Positions 37,654 through 49,240 of a stretch of 64,000 nucleotides of DNA are shown here, in pieces (within the stretch, counting starts at the first letter, position 1; every line of letters starts with the position of its first letter). Location: the NCBI GenBank assembly GCA_001662655.1, contig KV460209.1; one strand, given 5' to 3'. A program made the position numbers and the translations under genes. The stretch is from Pseudogymnoascus verrucosus. Taxonomy: Eukaryota. The notes below the pieces were generated by a model that was not told where the DNA came from, did no database searches, and was given only the letters and a program-made list of their open reading frames with translations.

Positions 37654-38828
37654 TCAAGGTTTCTTAATCCCCCTAAAAAAATCCAAAATCATCGGCGAAG
37701 CATTAATGCTCACCGGCTTATCCCCATGACTATCTTGATCACTATTCCTCGTCGTCGACGGCCAACTATGATCCATTCCATCAATAAGGTACCCAGTCAC
37801 CACGTTGGTGCCGTTACACGTATAAAGCGTCTTCTGTACCGTCTTATCGCCATTCAACTGCGATACGGTCGGCTTGTAGTTCGCTGCACACCCATTGCGC
37901 TGGCCCCATGTGGAGAGCCAGTCCGGGATCTTGGGGAGGGGACCACCACTACCATTTTTGGTAGGGAGGTAGGGGATCTGTGCCTTTGTTAGTACCTCTG
38001 TGGCCGTTACGGACTCTGAATCCCTGAAATGGGAAGGAGTGGAAGTCAGAGGGGAGTTAGATAAACATACAGTCCCATCAACCGACCCATGGAACTCCAA
38101 AATCGGAAACGGCGACCTCGAAGGATGACAGCTATTGTTAGGATCCTGCACAACATCCGTATAAAAGGCTCCCGCGCACGCCGCCACCGCCGCGAAATTC
38201 GCCCCATGATCCGGGGAGCAAGCCAGCGTCCCCGTGAAACCCCCACCGTTGGACTTACCCGCAGCGTAGATGCGGGCATCGTCGATGCAGAAGGCGGTCC
38301 GGAGGTGGGCGATTAGGTCGCTGGTGAATTTCTTGTCCGAGACGCCGGGGGGGGCGTAGGTGGGGCCTTCCCAGAAGCCCTGGGGGGGGTGTTAGGGGTG
38401 GGCTGGGTTGGGGTGGGGAGGGACGTACATTATAGCCATTGGGCCAGACGACGATGTGGTCGGGGTTCCAGGTGTGGTCGTCGAAGCGGTCGAGGGCGCG
38501 TTGCTTGGCTGAATTGCCGTTGGCGCCGTGGTAGGAGATGATTAGGGGAGTTGGCATGTTCTACAACAACAGTCAGAACCCTCTCCCATAACTCCCCTTG
38601 GATCTGCAAGGCGCATACCTCGTCATAATTCGGCGGCAGATAAACATCATAAACTCGCTGGAGTCCACCACTCTCAATCGTCTTCCCCGTATGCGTATCT
38701 CCCTTAAAGTCGCGGACAATCCCACATCCAGCACCCGCACGCTCCTGCAGCGGCACGGCAGCAGCGCCCGTTTCGGCAGCGAGGAGGAACACCAACGTCG
38801 CGCCCGCTAACGGATTGGAGAAGATCAT
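37654..38828 (-). CDS. Secreted CE1 feruloyl esterase-like (FaeC/PHB-depolymerase type) alpha/beta hydrolase
   Basis: Signal peptide; PLIISYHG, nucleophile elbow GKSNG, PILEFHGSVD and MDHSWPS; three introns. Confidence 0.85.
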
Positions 38829-39614
38829 CGTTATCGGCGGTCAATAAGTGTGCTGGCTGAAACCCAAAAACCAAAATTAGAAAGTGCGGCTGGGCAAAAG
38901 AAACTTATGCGTAAATACGTATAAACCGGTACAGGTACAACAGGAAAACCGGAATAGTTTATATGCATTCCCGCGAGACACGGCGTCGTCCCATGACGCT
39001 CGGGAATGCGGTTCACCGTCTTTACCGGCGCTGTGGAGGGGATGTCTTAGACGATCTGCGGGGTTATTGGGGGCGAAGCGCCGCCGATCATCCTGGGATA
39101 ACCACTAAGGTTCGGTGTGGGGTTGGGTGGGATTTGCTGGGGAAATGGGGCCGAGCGAGAGATCACTACTGTTTCTGCTAAGGTGTTGCTGACGGCGGGC
39201 AGCTTTTGCGTCTGTGAGTAGAGCTGGAATAGCGCCGAAGGTCTTGGTGATGATGTGCACGTCCTTCGCTTACGTATATGTTCGGCGGCTTGGTGTGGGT
39301 TTTTGGGATGATGTGCATGGCTATTGACGGAAAATTGGTTTAGGTTGGAATATTAGAGTAAGCTCTCAGTACCTTATGTGGCTGGATATCCACGTAAATG
39401 CCAAAATCGCTGTTGTGGGGTAACGGGTACGGTGCCGATGGAATGGAAAAACCGTTTCATAACGCACAGATATCTTAATAACGCCTAGCAACCCATGAAT
39501 GCGCCGACCTGTTCTAAACCCCCCTGTGCCCCCCCCCCCCGAGTCGTAGTATCATCCCTCATCACCTGGCCCAGCACGGCCCATTCGCAGAAATATCCGC
39601 AGTAATCTCCCTCC

Positions 39615-40520
39615 TCACTTCTGAGCCGCAGTCCAGTCACTCCAGCGCTTATACTCCTCATACTCCACACTCTCCTTCCTCCCCTGATACCTCACGACCT
39701 TCAGCTCCCCTACCTCCCTCCAACCACCCCCCTTCCTCCACCCCGCCTTCCTCACCAAACTCTCCAACGTCTCCTCCTTATTCCACCCCTGCTCCACCGC
39801 CACATCCGGCAAATAAGTAGCGCTGTACCTCTTACTCTTCTGATAAAAACTGATCTTAATCCCATGCACTCCCAACTCCCAATCCAGCGGCCCAGCACAC
39901 GTCTCAAAGTTCGTCAACAGCGTGACTGCCACCTCCAGCGCGGACAGCTCGCGCGCCACGATGGGGTTGAAGCGGTTATCGCTGTGCGCGGCCGCGAGCG
40001 CGTATGTCGCCAGTCCCGTGTCAAGGGGCTGCGCCTCGAAGGTCCCGATGCAGCCGCGCAGTTGCCGCGATTGGAGGGGCGGCGTGAGGATGTTCCAGGT
40101 TACGAAGAGGGGTGTTGAGGTTAGGGCACTGGATTGCGCGGAGCGGGAGGAGAGGGATTGTCCGATGGGGTGGTAGGGGGAGGGTGCGCATGTGGATGGG
40201 CGAGAGGGCGGTGCGGAGGTGCCGGCGCTGGAGGGGGTGAGGGGGGTGGGGGAGCGGAGGGAGGTCGAGGAGCTTGAGCCTAAGGAGGGGGTTGTGGCTG
40301 AGAGGCTGCTGGGGGTTGGGATCTTGAGCGTGTCGGTGGTGGTGAAGTCGGCTTCGGCTTCGACGTCGTCGTTGGCTTCAGCGTCGGAGTCTCCGTCGTC
40401 ACTGCCTTTGGGGTAGTCGGGCCAGGATTCTTCGATGGCGGAGAGGGCCATGGGGGAGCGGTCCTCGAGGTTGGCCGCGAGGGCGTCGAAGCAGTAGAGG
40501 CAGTGGGCGACGGTAGCCAT
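39615..40520 (-). CDS. AMMECR1-domain protein
   Basis: HCLYCFD N-terminus, PLFVTW, LRGCIGTF, ATYLPDVA.EQGW motifs, with a Ser-rich insert. Confidence 0.93.
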   Translation of the reverse strand: MATVAHCLYCFDALAANLEDRSPMALSAIEESWPDYPKGSDDGDSDAEANDDVEAEADFTTTDTLKIPTPSSLSATTPSLGSSSSTSLRSPTPLTPSSAGTSAPPSRPSTCAPSPYHPIGQSLSSRSAQSSALTSTPLFVTWNILTPPLQSRQLRGCIGTFEAQPLDTGLATYALAAAHSDNRFNPIVARELSALEVAVTLLTNFETCAGPLDWELGVHGIKISFYQKSKRYSATYLPDVAVEQGWNKEETLESLVRKAGWRKGGGWREVGELKVVRYQGRKESVEYEEYKRWSDWTAAQK

Positions 40521-41676
40521 GGCTGCGTTTAGATGGAGGTGCGGTGCTGCTGTTTGTCGAAGTTTGGAGTCGTCACTGGCCGAGGCTCTGAAGTGAGGGG
40601 ACGCCGGAAAGCGGGGTTGAGGAGGAGTGGGCTTGAGGGGTGATGGATGAGGGATAAAGGGCTGAAACTCAAAACGAAGGCTTGTATTGTTTTAAGAACA
40701 AGGGTTGAGGGGGAAATGAACGAATTATGCAGAGGAGATTGGGTTGTAGCCGGGTGAGTGTTTGTCCTGTTGTAGAAGGTATGGCGCCGAATAAGACCGT
40801 CGGAGTGGACTCGGATCCACGGTGGTCGGTAGATCTGCAAACCTTGCTGAAGCCGGCGTGGCGTTATTCCTTAAATTCTCCATGGCAGGCCAACCACAAG
40901 CCGCACCGCCTCCAACCCCCCCACAAATCCCAACCCACTTCACTTACATAGCACAAAATCCCCCCAGAAAATTCAGGGCAAAGTTAGTTTTACCATGTAT
41001 AATTCGCCGTTCACCATACATAGGACTATACAAGTCAAGTAATTCAAGGATTCAAGGAATAAGAAAATCCGGTAAATCAATATATTAGTCTCACTACTCG
41101 CACTACTCGCGGAACTCTAATAGAAAGCCGATGCTGGTTGTGGGGAACTGTCCCTGACTCTTAACCTCTCTCATGCTGGCATTATAGCACGCTTGGTCTC
41201 CACAACTTATTTCGCGGGGTTTCAGTCGGTGTTTATTAACTGTTGACCGTTTGGATGCAGCCTCATTGTAGATTCTTCCTCTCATTAGGAAGGTGTCTCT
41301 CGCGGTTCTCGGCGATGCAGGGCACCATGCAGCCCGTGCTGTAAAGTAAGTGCCAGAGGTTGTCTGCTGTAGGTAGAGAGATTATTGCTTGGAATGTTAA
41401 GGGATTGCCGGCGGGTTTCATATGTCGGCAAAATCTGGGCCGTTATGGCACTGAGTAAGTGCCATACCTATGTGTGGCCATAGGATAGGGGAACGGTGGG
41501 ACTGGCCGATCACTGTGTAGTGTACCAATAGATGATATTCTATGTCTCAATCGGCCGTTGAAGAGGCTATAAAGCCATACCGTAACCCTGGTGTTTTGTT
41601 GAAATAACCATCTACTCTGTGCTCATCAGTCTTCAATTGCTTCCCAGTATTCTTATCTTTATATCCCGTTCTCAAA

Positions 41677-42533
41677 ATGAAGTACTCTCTCGCAGCACTT
41701 ACCGTGGCGGCATCAGTTGTCTCTGCCTACAACCTCCCAGACAACCTTTCTCAGATCTACAACAAGCACAAGGTATGTCCAACAAAATAAAGCTAGTCTA
41801 TCCATTGTCCACTTCTCACACCCCGCACAGACCGGAGCATGCAGCAACAAGCTCGCCAGCGGCTTCACCGACGGCAGCGGCCCTAAAACATTCGAGTACT
41901 GCGGCGACGTTAAGGGAGCCATCTTCATCCACAGCAGTGGAAATGGCGGACAGTACGCCAACATGGACATCGACTGCGACGGAGCCAACAGGACCGGTGG
42001 CAAGTGCGCCAACGATCCTACCGGACAAGGCACGACGGCGTTCCAAAGCGAGGTTCAGGCGTTGAAGGCTGGCATCAAAGACCTGGACTCTAACCTCCAC
42101 CCATATGTCGTTTTTGGCAACGAGGGAAAAAGCCCCTCGTTCGACCCGCGAAAGCATGGCATGGAGCCTCTTAGTGTCATGGCTGTTGTGTGCAACAACC
42201 AAGTCGTAAGTGCAGCCATTCCATCGTCGTGTTCGGCGACAGTGCTTTGGGAATAAAACTAACTCTGGATGGTAGTTCTATGGCGTCTGGGGCGATACCA
42301 ACGGCGAGACCTCCGTTGGAGAGGCCTCCATTTCTCTGGCTGATATGTGCTTCCCGAATGAGCACCTCGATGGAAACAATGGCCATGATCCGAAAGACGT
42401 TCTTTACATCGGGTTCCCTGGAAAGGCTGCCGTGCCGAGCTCCTCGACCAAGTGGAACGCTGGCAGCGCGAAGGCCTTCGAGGACAGCATTAAGGCTGTT
42501 GGAGACAAGCTTGTCGCAGGTCTCAAGGCTTAG
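41677..42533 (+). CDS. Secreted GH75 fungal chitosanase
   Basis: Signal peptide MKYSLAAL...; [33 protein letters not shown] and GEASIS motifs; two introns. Confidence 0.92.
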
Positions 42534-43943
42534 AGAGGAGTGCCTGCATGATGTCAGTTTGGAAATAGTGAATGGATTGTTTGGGGAGTAGTATAGTTTT
42601 GGTTATTATCATGTTGTATATTGTTAAGCCATATACATGTAGATAAACGCAACCATATAGTAATCAGCATAGCATGACTGCGGATAGTCGTAACTATATA
42701 ATCAGCATTACTATAAATTTGACGCTGCAACTCGTGTTGTCTCCGCCTTGAACTCTGTCATAAGCTGACGATATCGATACGATTTCGCATCGAGATATAT
42801 ATGATGGCGATCTATGGATCTGGTTGTGGCTTGCTTAGTGTAATTGCTCATAGCAAGGTACCTGACATGAAGATTTTTGGCTTTATTAAGATCAGATGAG
42901 GCCGCGATTAGTCGCAATACAGTATGTAGCACAATATGTAGTGCATATGAGCACAGTAAGAAAGTTCCCAAGCGCGGAATCCCGGACAATCCAATGATGG
43001 TGTGCCGGGGTAAGAGCAAACAACACTGGGACCGCAATGGTTGCAATGTTCCTAGGGTCGTTTCGGGGACCCCAGGGTCAGGCACCACGGCGCTATTAGC
43101 ACCCTATTAGCACTCCACTAACACCACGACTAACACCACCACCCCACCAACGCTAATTTAGAGTCCACCCGCGCCACACTTTCCTCTGGTTGCTTGTTGA
43201 ATTATCCACGTAATCATCATCCACCATCATCCGCCATCAAACATCCTCCTTCTCCAATTATCCTAACAACTGCCGATCGCTATGGTTCCGACAGCGGTGA
43301 TCTGTACCTTACTGTGCTACAACGTGCGCAAGGTGATACAATGCCAGGCCAATGCCTATTACTGTATCTCCGAATCTGCATGCCCACTCCACAGGTTCTC
43401 GGGATGGTTGGCATATGGCACCTCCACGTCTTAAAGCTCGTACAATTCGTACACTTCTACAAGGGAGTTGATGATAGTGCTGACCGGGAATCTAAAACCA
43501 GCCTTCCCATGCGCCACTAACCATGCTGTCCTCTTGCGCTGAGTCTAGTATCAACGTGCCTTGCTTAGCCATGGATAGGTTCCGAGCTTCCTCTCTGGTT
43601 CCGAGATTTGACGCCAATGGCCTAAGTCAGGTACTGTGATCCGTATGGCCACCAAGGATGTGGTAGGTTCTGGGTGCACTACTCGCAGGGGCTGAAAGCT
43701 AGCTCTGTTTGTAGCAATACCGTACAACGGCGTTGAAACGGCGAGGACGCCGAAGCGCGTCGGGGGAATGTCGATGTTGGCCGTCGAAGGAGGCAATCAT
43801 ATATAAAAAGTAAGTTCCCTCTTTTGGTCTCTGGTTACGGGCCTCAAGAGAGCTATTTTTATTCGTCCTTGACACTATTGTTTCTCATCTGTGTTGATCT
43901 ATGTCAAACTGAAAGCGTCCTATATTTCTAAATTTCCTATACA

Positions 43944-46479
43944 ATGCGGGGTCTTCTGACTGTGGCATCTGTGCTCCCGTTATCTTTGGCTGCTGCGGTC
44001 ATCCGTGATGTTTTGTAAGTATCACTGTAATATATATATCAAGGCTGGCCTCTAATCTTTCGATATAGCGATGATGCACGCCTCCAAAAGCCCCGTGCGG
44101 ATTCCCTGCTAGAGAGAGCAGCGTGCACCGGCCCCATCGCAAGCAAGCCTTCCAAGTACTGGCTTGATGAGCAGGACCACACAGGCGCAGCAAGAGGAAT
44201 TGCACCATTCACTGACAACAGTGATCAATATCCTGTATTCAGGAACGTTCTTGACTTCAAAGTTGCCAATGATGGCACAGGCGACCAGTCCGGAAACCTG
44301 CAAGATGCCATCAACTCCGATGGCAACGGCGGTTCCCGTTATCAGAACGGCTTGACCACCAAGCCAGCAGAGATTTACCTCCCGGGTGGAACTTATCAAA
44401 TATCCAAGGTTTGGGATCTCCGCGTGGGCACGATTATTGTGGGCGACCCAAATGATCCGCCAGTTATCAAGGCTTCGGCCGATTTTGATGGAGACGCCGT
44501 TGTCAATGGCTACGATTTTGGAGTCGGTGCGCCGGAGACGAGCTTCATGACTCTTATCAAAAATATTGTCATTGACACAACTGCCATTGATAAGGACAAG
44601 GCTGTTATGGCCCTTAACTGGGGTGTTGCCCAAGGCGCAGGCATGGCAAACATCAAGATTGTGATGCCCGAGGACTCCAAAGGACACACAGGAATCGTTC
44701 TTAAGGGCGGTTCCACTATTGCCGTGACTGATGTGGTAAGTAAAAAAACAAAGTTGGCCTTAAATGTTACAATACTAACATATACTAGAATATCCACGGC
44801 GGCGCGGTTGGTATCCAGAACTCGAACCAGCAGGTTAACTTCAAGAACATCTATTTTAACCGTAGCTCTACTGCCTACGCTGCTACCGGTGGCTGGACGT
44901 CGCTTCTCCAAGGCGTCACTTTCGACACATGCGGACGGGGCGTCGACCTTACCAAGGGAGGTAATGCCGGGTCGTTGGTTCTCCTGGACTCCAAGTCGGT
45001 CAATTCCGGCCCAGTTATTAAATTTGCCGATTCATCCAACGCCAATGGCGACCGCAACAACCAGATCGTAATCGAGAACCTCGAGCATGACACTACGAAC
45101 CCCATCGCCGTCAAGGCCGATGACACTGTTGCGCTTGATGCCGCCGATACCATCGACACTTGGGTGTGGGGAAATGCCGATCCCGGCGGATACGTGACTG
45201 GAACCCAGTATAAGACGGTTCGTCCTGACGCCCTTCTCAAAGATGGGAAGTACTTCACCAAGGAGGCACCCACCTACGGCGAGTTCGCGAGCGATCAGAT
45301 TGTCAATGTCAAGAGTGTCACGAATTACTCAGTTAAGGGTGATGGGAAGACTGATGATGCTGCATCTCTGAATGCGATCCTCCTCGACAATGCTGCCAAT
45401 TGCAAGATCACGTATTTCCCATACGGCGTGTATATTGTGAAGGATACCCTATACATTCCTCCCGGATCCCGCATCATTGGCGAGGCATGGGCTGTTGTAT
45501 CCGGTAAGTTTTAAAACCGAATTTGACTGAATTACATAAACTAACAACCTTTCCAGGAGCTGGTGATAAGTTCAAGGACGACTCAAACCCCGCACCCGTC
45601 ATCAAAGTCGGCAACGACGGCGAGACCGGCGTCGCAGAAATCCAAGACATGCGCTTCACCGTCTCCGAAGTCCTCCCCGGCGCCATCATCCTCGAGGTAA
45701 ACATGGCCGGCACCTCCCCCGGCGACGTCGGCCTCTGGAACACCATCGTCACCATCGGCGGCACAGCCGACACCGCCATCCACGAATCCTGCACCGACCA
45801 AGACACACACAGCTGCAAGGCCGCCTTCCTCGCCGTACACCTGACCAAGAATTCATCCTCCTACTTCCAGAACCTCTGGGCCTGGACTGCAGACCATAAT
45901 GTTGACGGTGGACCGAACCAGATCATCGCTACTGGTCGCGGCGTCCTCGTCGAAGCTACAAAGGGGACTTGGCTGGTTGGTAGCGGCTCGGAGCATCATT
46001 GGCTGTATAACTACAATTTCGGTGCAGCTGAAAACGTCTTCGCAGGTCTCCTACAAACTGAGACGCCGTATAACCAAGGCGACCAAGCTACGCTCACCCT
46101 ACCCGACCCCTGGACCGCTGAGGCAGCATACCACGACCCCGACTACACCTGGTGCGCCCCAGACGACCAGAAGTGCCGCACCGCGCTCGCAGTCAACGTC
46201 GACGGCGGGAAGGACATCTTCCTGTACAACTCCGCGTCCTGGGCGTTCTTCCACGGGCCATGGGACGGGTCGTATAGTAAGACGGCGTGCGATGGGACGT
46301 GTCAGACGAATATGAATCGTGTGGCGAATGATCCGGATAATTTGGCGTGGTATGCGATTAATATTAAGTCGGCGGATACGCTGGTGTTGGATGGGAAGGG
46401 GAATCCGTCGAAGGATAATAATCCGGGGAGTTGGGGGGGGAATTTGGTGGCTTATAGGGAGTTTGCTAATGAGGGTTAG
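43944..46479 (+). CDS. Secreted GH55 exo-beta-1,3-glucanase
   Basis: YPVFRNV.DF...NDG.GD, IYLPGGTY, second beta-helix KGDGKTDD, YFPYGVY, WAWTADH and GSEHH motifs; three introns. Confidence 0.92.
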
Positions 46480-46847
46480 GGGAGGGGATTTGATGGTATT
46501 TGTCGAGATATCCGTTGGTTAGCGAGCGGGGTGGTAGGTAGATAAGTAATGTTATTCTCATATTGAAAAACTGTCAGCTCCCTTGCTACGACAATTATAT
46601 CACATTAACAGGCGTTATTAGGCCATTGTGCTCAAACTGTGCCTTGTATTGCGTTGCCATCTCATCCAAGACATGGTCTTCAATGGGGCTGTAGATCACT
46701 GCATCCCAACATTTAACTAAGTGTATATAGCTTGGCGGTTTGTACATGCACTGCCAAATATAACTCTACGACATGGAACAGACCCCGCCTCAGTCTGCAA
46801 CGCGCAAGACTCTAGAAGGGACGATGTATTTATCCTAGCATAGTAGG

Positions 46848-47516
46848 ATGAAGTTATACTCCCTCCGCCGCCTTCGCGGGCTATCCACCCCCCTTGAAAT
46901 CCGCCACTCAATCCGTCGCCTACGCGCCAGCCCCAACACCAGCTCCCTCCTCTACCAGCTCCTCTATGCCCACCCCTGGCACTTCGCCATCCCCCCTCTA
47001 CTCTCCTACGAAGACCTCCATGCATCGCCTGAGGTCATCAACGCGCGGCAAGCAGGAACCCGGAATCCCCTCTTCCGCGCGTGAGATACGTCACTCCGGT
47101 CTCTATATCGCCTCTACGATGACTTCTGCGCCGACCGCCGCACCCTCATGACCTACGAATGCGAGTACCTCTTCCGCCGCGGCTCGGAGGGCTGGTCGCT
47201 CTCGCGGATAGAGGATCCGTCCGATGAGGATCCGGTGCGCTATGTGGTGCTTGCGAGTCTTGCGGAGGCGCTGGTGGACGCGTTCAATTGGAAGTTAGAT
47301 CTGGGGTTTAGACGGGGCGGCAGGCCGTGTGACCAGTCTGAGGAGAGGGCGACGAATTTTGTGAGGGAGGTGGCGCCGGAGTGGACGGGGAAGGTTGGGG
47401 CGGTGGAAAAGAGGGTGAGCCTGATCGATCGGGAGAGTGAGCCGTTTGCGAAGGCGGATGATAATTTCTCGAGGAGAAATATTGAGAGTAGCATGGGATA
47501 TCTGTATACTGTATAA
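46848..47516 (+). pseudogene. Conserved-looking fungal hypothetical gene interrupted by one in-frame TGA (47082-47084)
   Basis: ORFs 46848-47084 and 47148-47516 are in the same frame. The 21 codons between them are open (DTSLRSLYRLYDDFCADRRTL) and no convincing intron removes the stop. Confidence 0.7.
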
Positions 47517-47665
47517 GGCGACGGCAAGGAAGCGCGGTGGACGCGCCGTTTTATGTTGGCTTTCTCGCCAGTTCGGGAATGGTATTTTAATATAAATTCG
47601 CATCTATCTCGAGGTTCGGTCATGGAAATGCATCAATTGCCAAGGCCATATCAACCGCCCAGCGT

Positions 47666-48461
47666 TCAATCACTCGCCTTATACCTCGCCCTATACGCCT
47701 CCATCCTCTTCACATCCTCCTCACTCCCCTTCCCCCTCAACAACTCAATCAAATCCCCCAAAGTCGCAATACTCGCCGTCCTCACCCCAAACTCCCCCCT
47801 AATCTGTCCCATAGCGCTACCCCTCGCTTCTCCATCATCAATCCCCTCCTTCTCCTTCGGCCCCGGCATCTTCTCCTCCCTATCAAGCGCAACCGCGAAT
47901 CCGACAACGGTTCCGCCTTCCCTGGCGACCTTGACGAGGGTATCGCGCATCGCAGTGCCAGCGGTGATCACATCATCGATCACCAAGACATTCTTCCCCT
48001 TCAGCGGGGCACCGACGATCGAGCCTCCCTCGCCGTGGTCTTTGACTTCCTTGCGGTCGAAGCTGTAGGATACGTTGGCCCAGGTCTCGGGGTCGAGACG
48101 GTGCAGCTCGAGGAGCGTGGCGCAGGCGAGGGGGATGCCTTTGTATGCGGGGCCGAAGATGACGTCGGGTTTGGGGACGGAGGGGTTGGCGGTTAGGAAG
48201 GAGACGATGGTGTGGGCGTAGGCTTGGGCGATGGCTGAGAGGAGGGGGGCGGAGTGGAAGGAGCCGGCGTTGAAGAAGTAGGGGGATTCTGTGGAAGGAG
48301 GGGTGTTAGATATTGTCGCGCAGAGGGGGTGCGGGGGAGGGGAGGGACGTACGACGGCCGGACTTGAGGGTGTAGGTGCCGAAGGTTAGGACGTTGGCGG
48401 AGAGGCAGGACTCGAGGAATGCGGTCTTGTAGGCCGGGATTGTGAGGGATGAGGTGGCCAT
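47666..48461 (-). CDS. URA5: Orotate phosphoribosyltransferase
   Basis: [42 protein letters not shown] and the PRPP motif VIDDVITAGTA; intron 48352-48289. Confidence 0.96.
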
Positions 48462-49240
48462 TGTGGAGGCGTAGAGGTTGATTATTGGGTGGGAGTAGGA
48501 GTTGTACGGAAGAAGGCCGTGCTTGAACTGTCAGTGGTCTTGTGCTTTTAAAGTTTTCGAAATATCATCAAAGTTATCTTCACCCCACCAAGTGCGGCCG
48601 CTAGTGTAAAGGCGGGGTTAGATAAGCATTTGTGGGCGCCAAAAAGACATGTGCGGGTAGTTACTGATAAGCGGTGATGGCACCAATACATTTATGAGAA
48701 TGTGATCTTTATTACAGTAAATATGGTGTAACTTCGTGACAGGGCTCTCACCCATACAAAATATGGTGTATTACTTGAATATTTTATTTTGATATTGGTA
48801 GGCAAATAAGGTCTCAATTAAAGCTACTCGGACCTGACATCTGACTTCGGCCATATGCCGCCGACTTGGCCGGATTCCACCAATGGGTGGGCACCCACAC
48901 AAGGAGGGGAACCGGCATTTGGATTCTAAGTAAATCTATTTAAGTTGACTGGTGGCGTTGCCCGGTGGGGTGTAAATTGTGTGGGGTAGTACCTTTCAAA
49001 ATAACGCTCAATCCGACATAACGCACCAATTGGCTTTGGATTCTTTCTTTTGGCTAAAGTGCCTGCTTGATATTTAAGCAGTTCGAGAAAGGAGACAACC
49101 ATCTCATACATAACTTTCCAGTATGAAAAGTTCAGAATAGAGGGGTAAAACTAGATTGGAATACATATAAAGGCCATGCCAGAACCACTGATTGTGATCT
49201 CATCTTCACCGTAGAGCCTTTCCAATTACCCCATTTCAAC

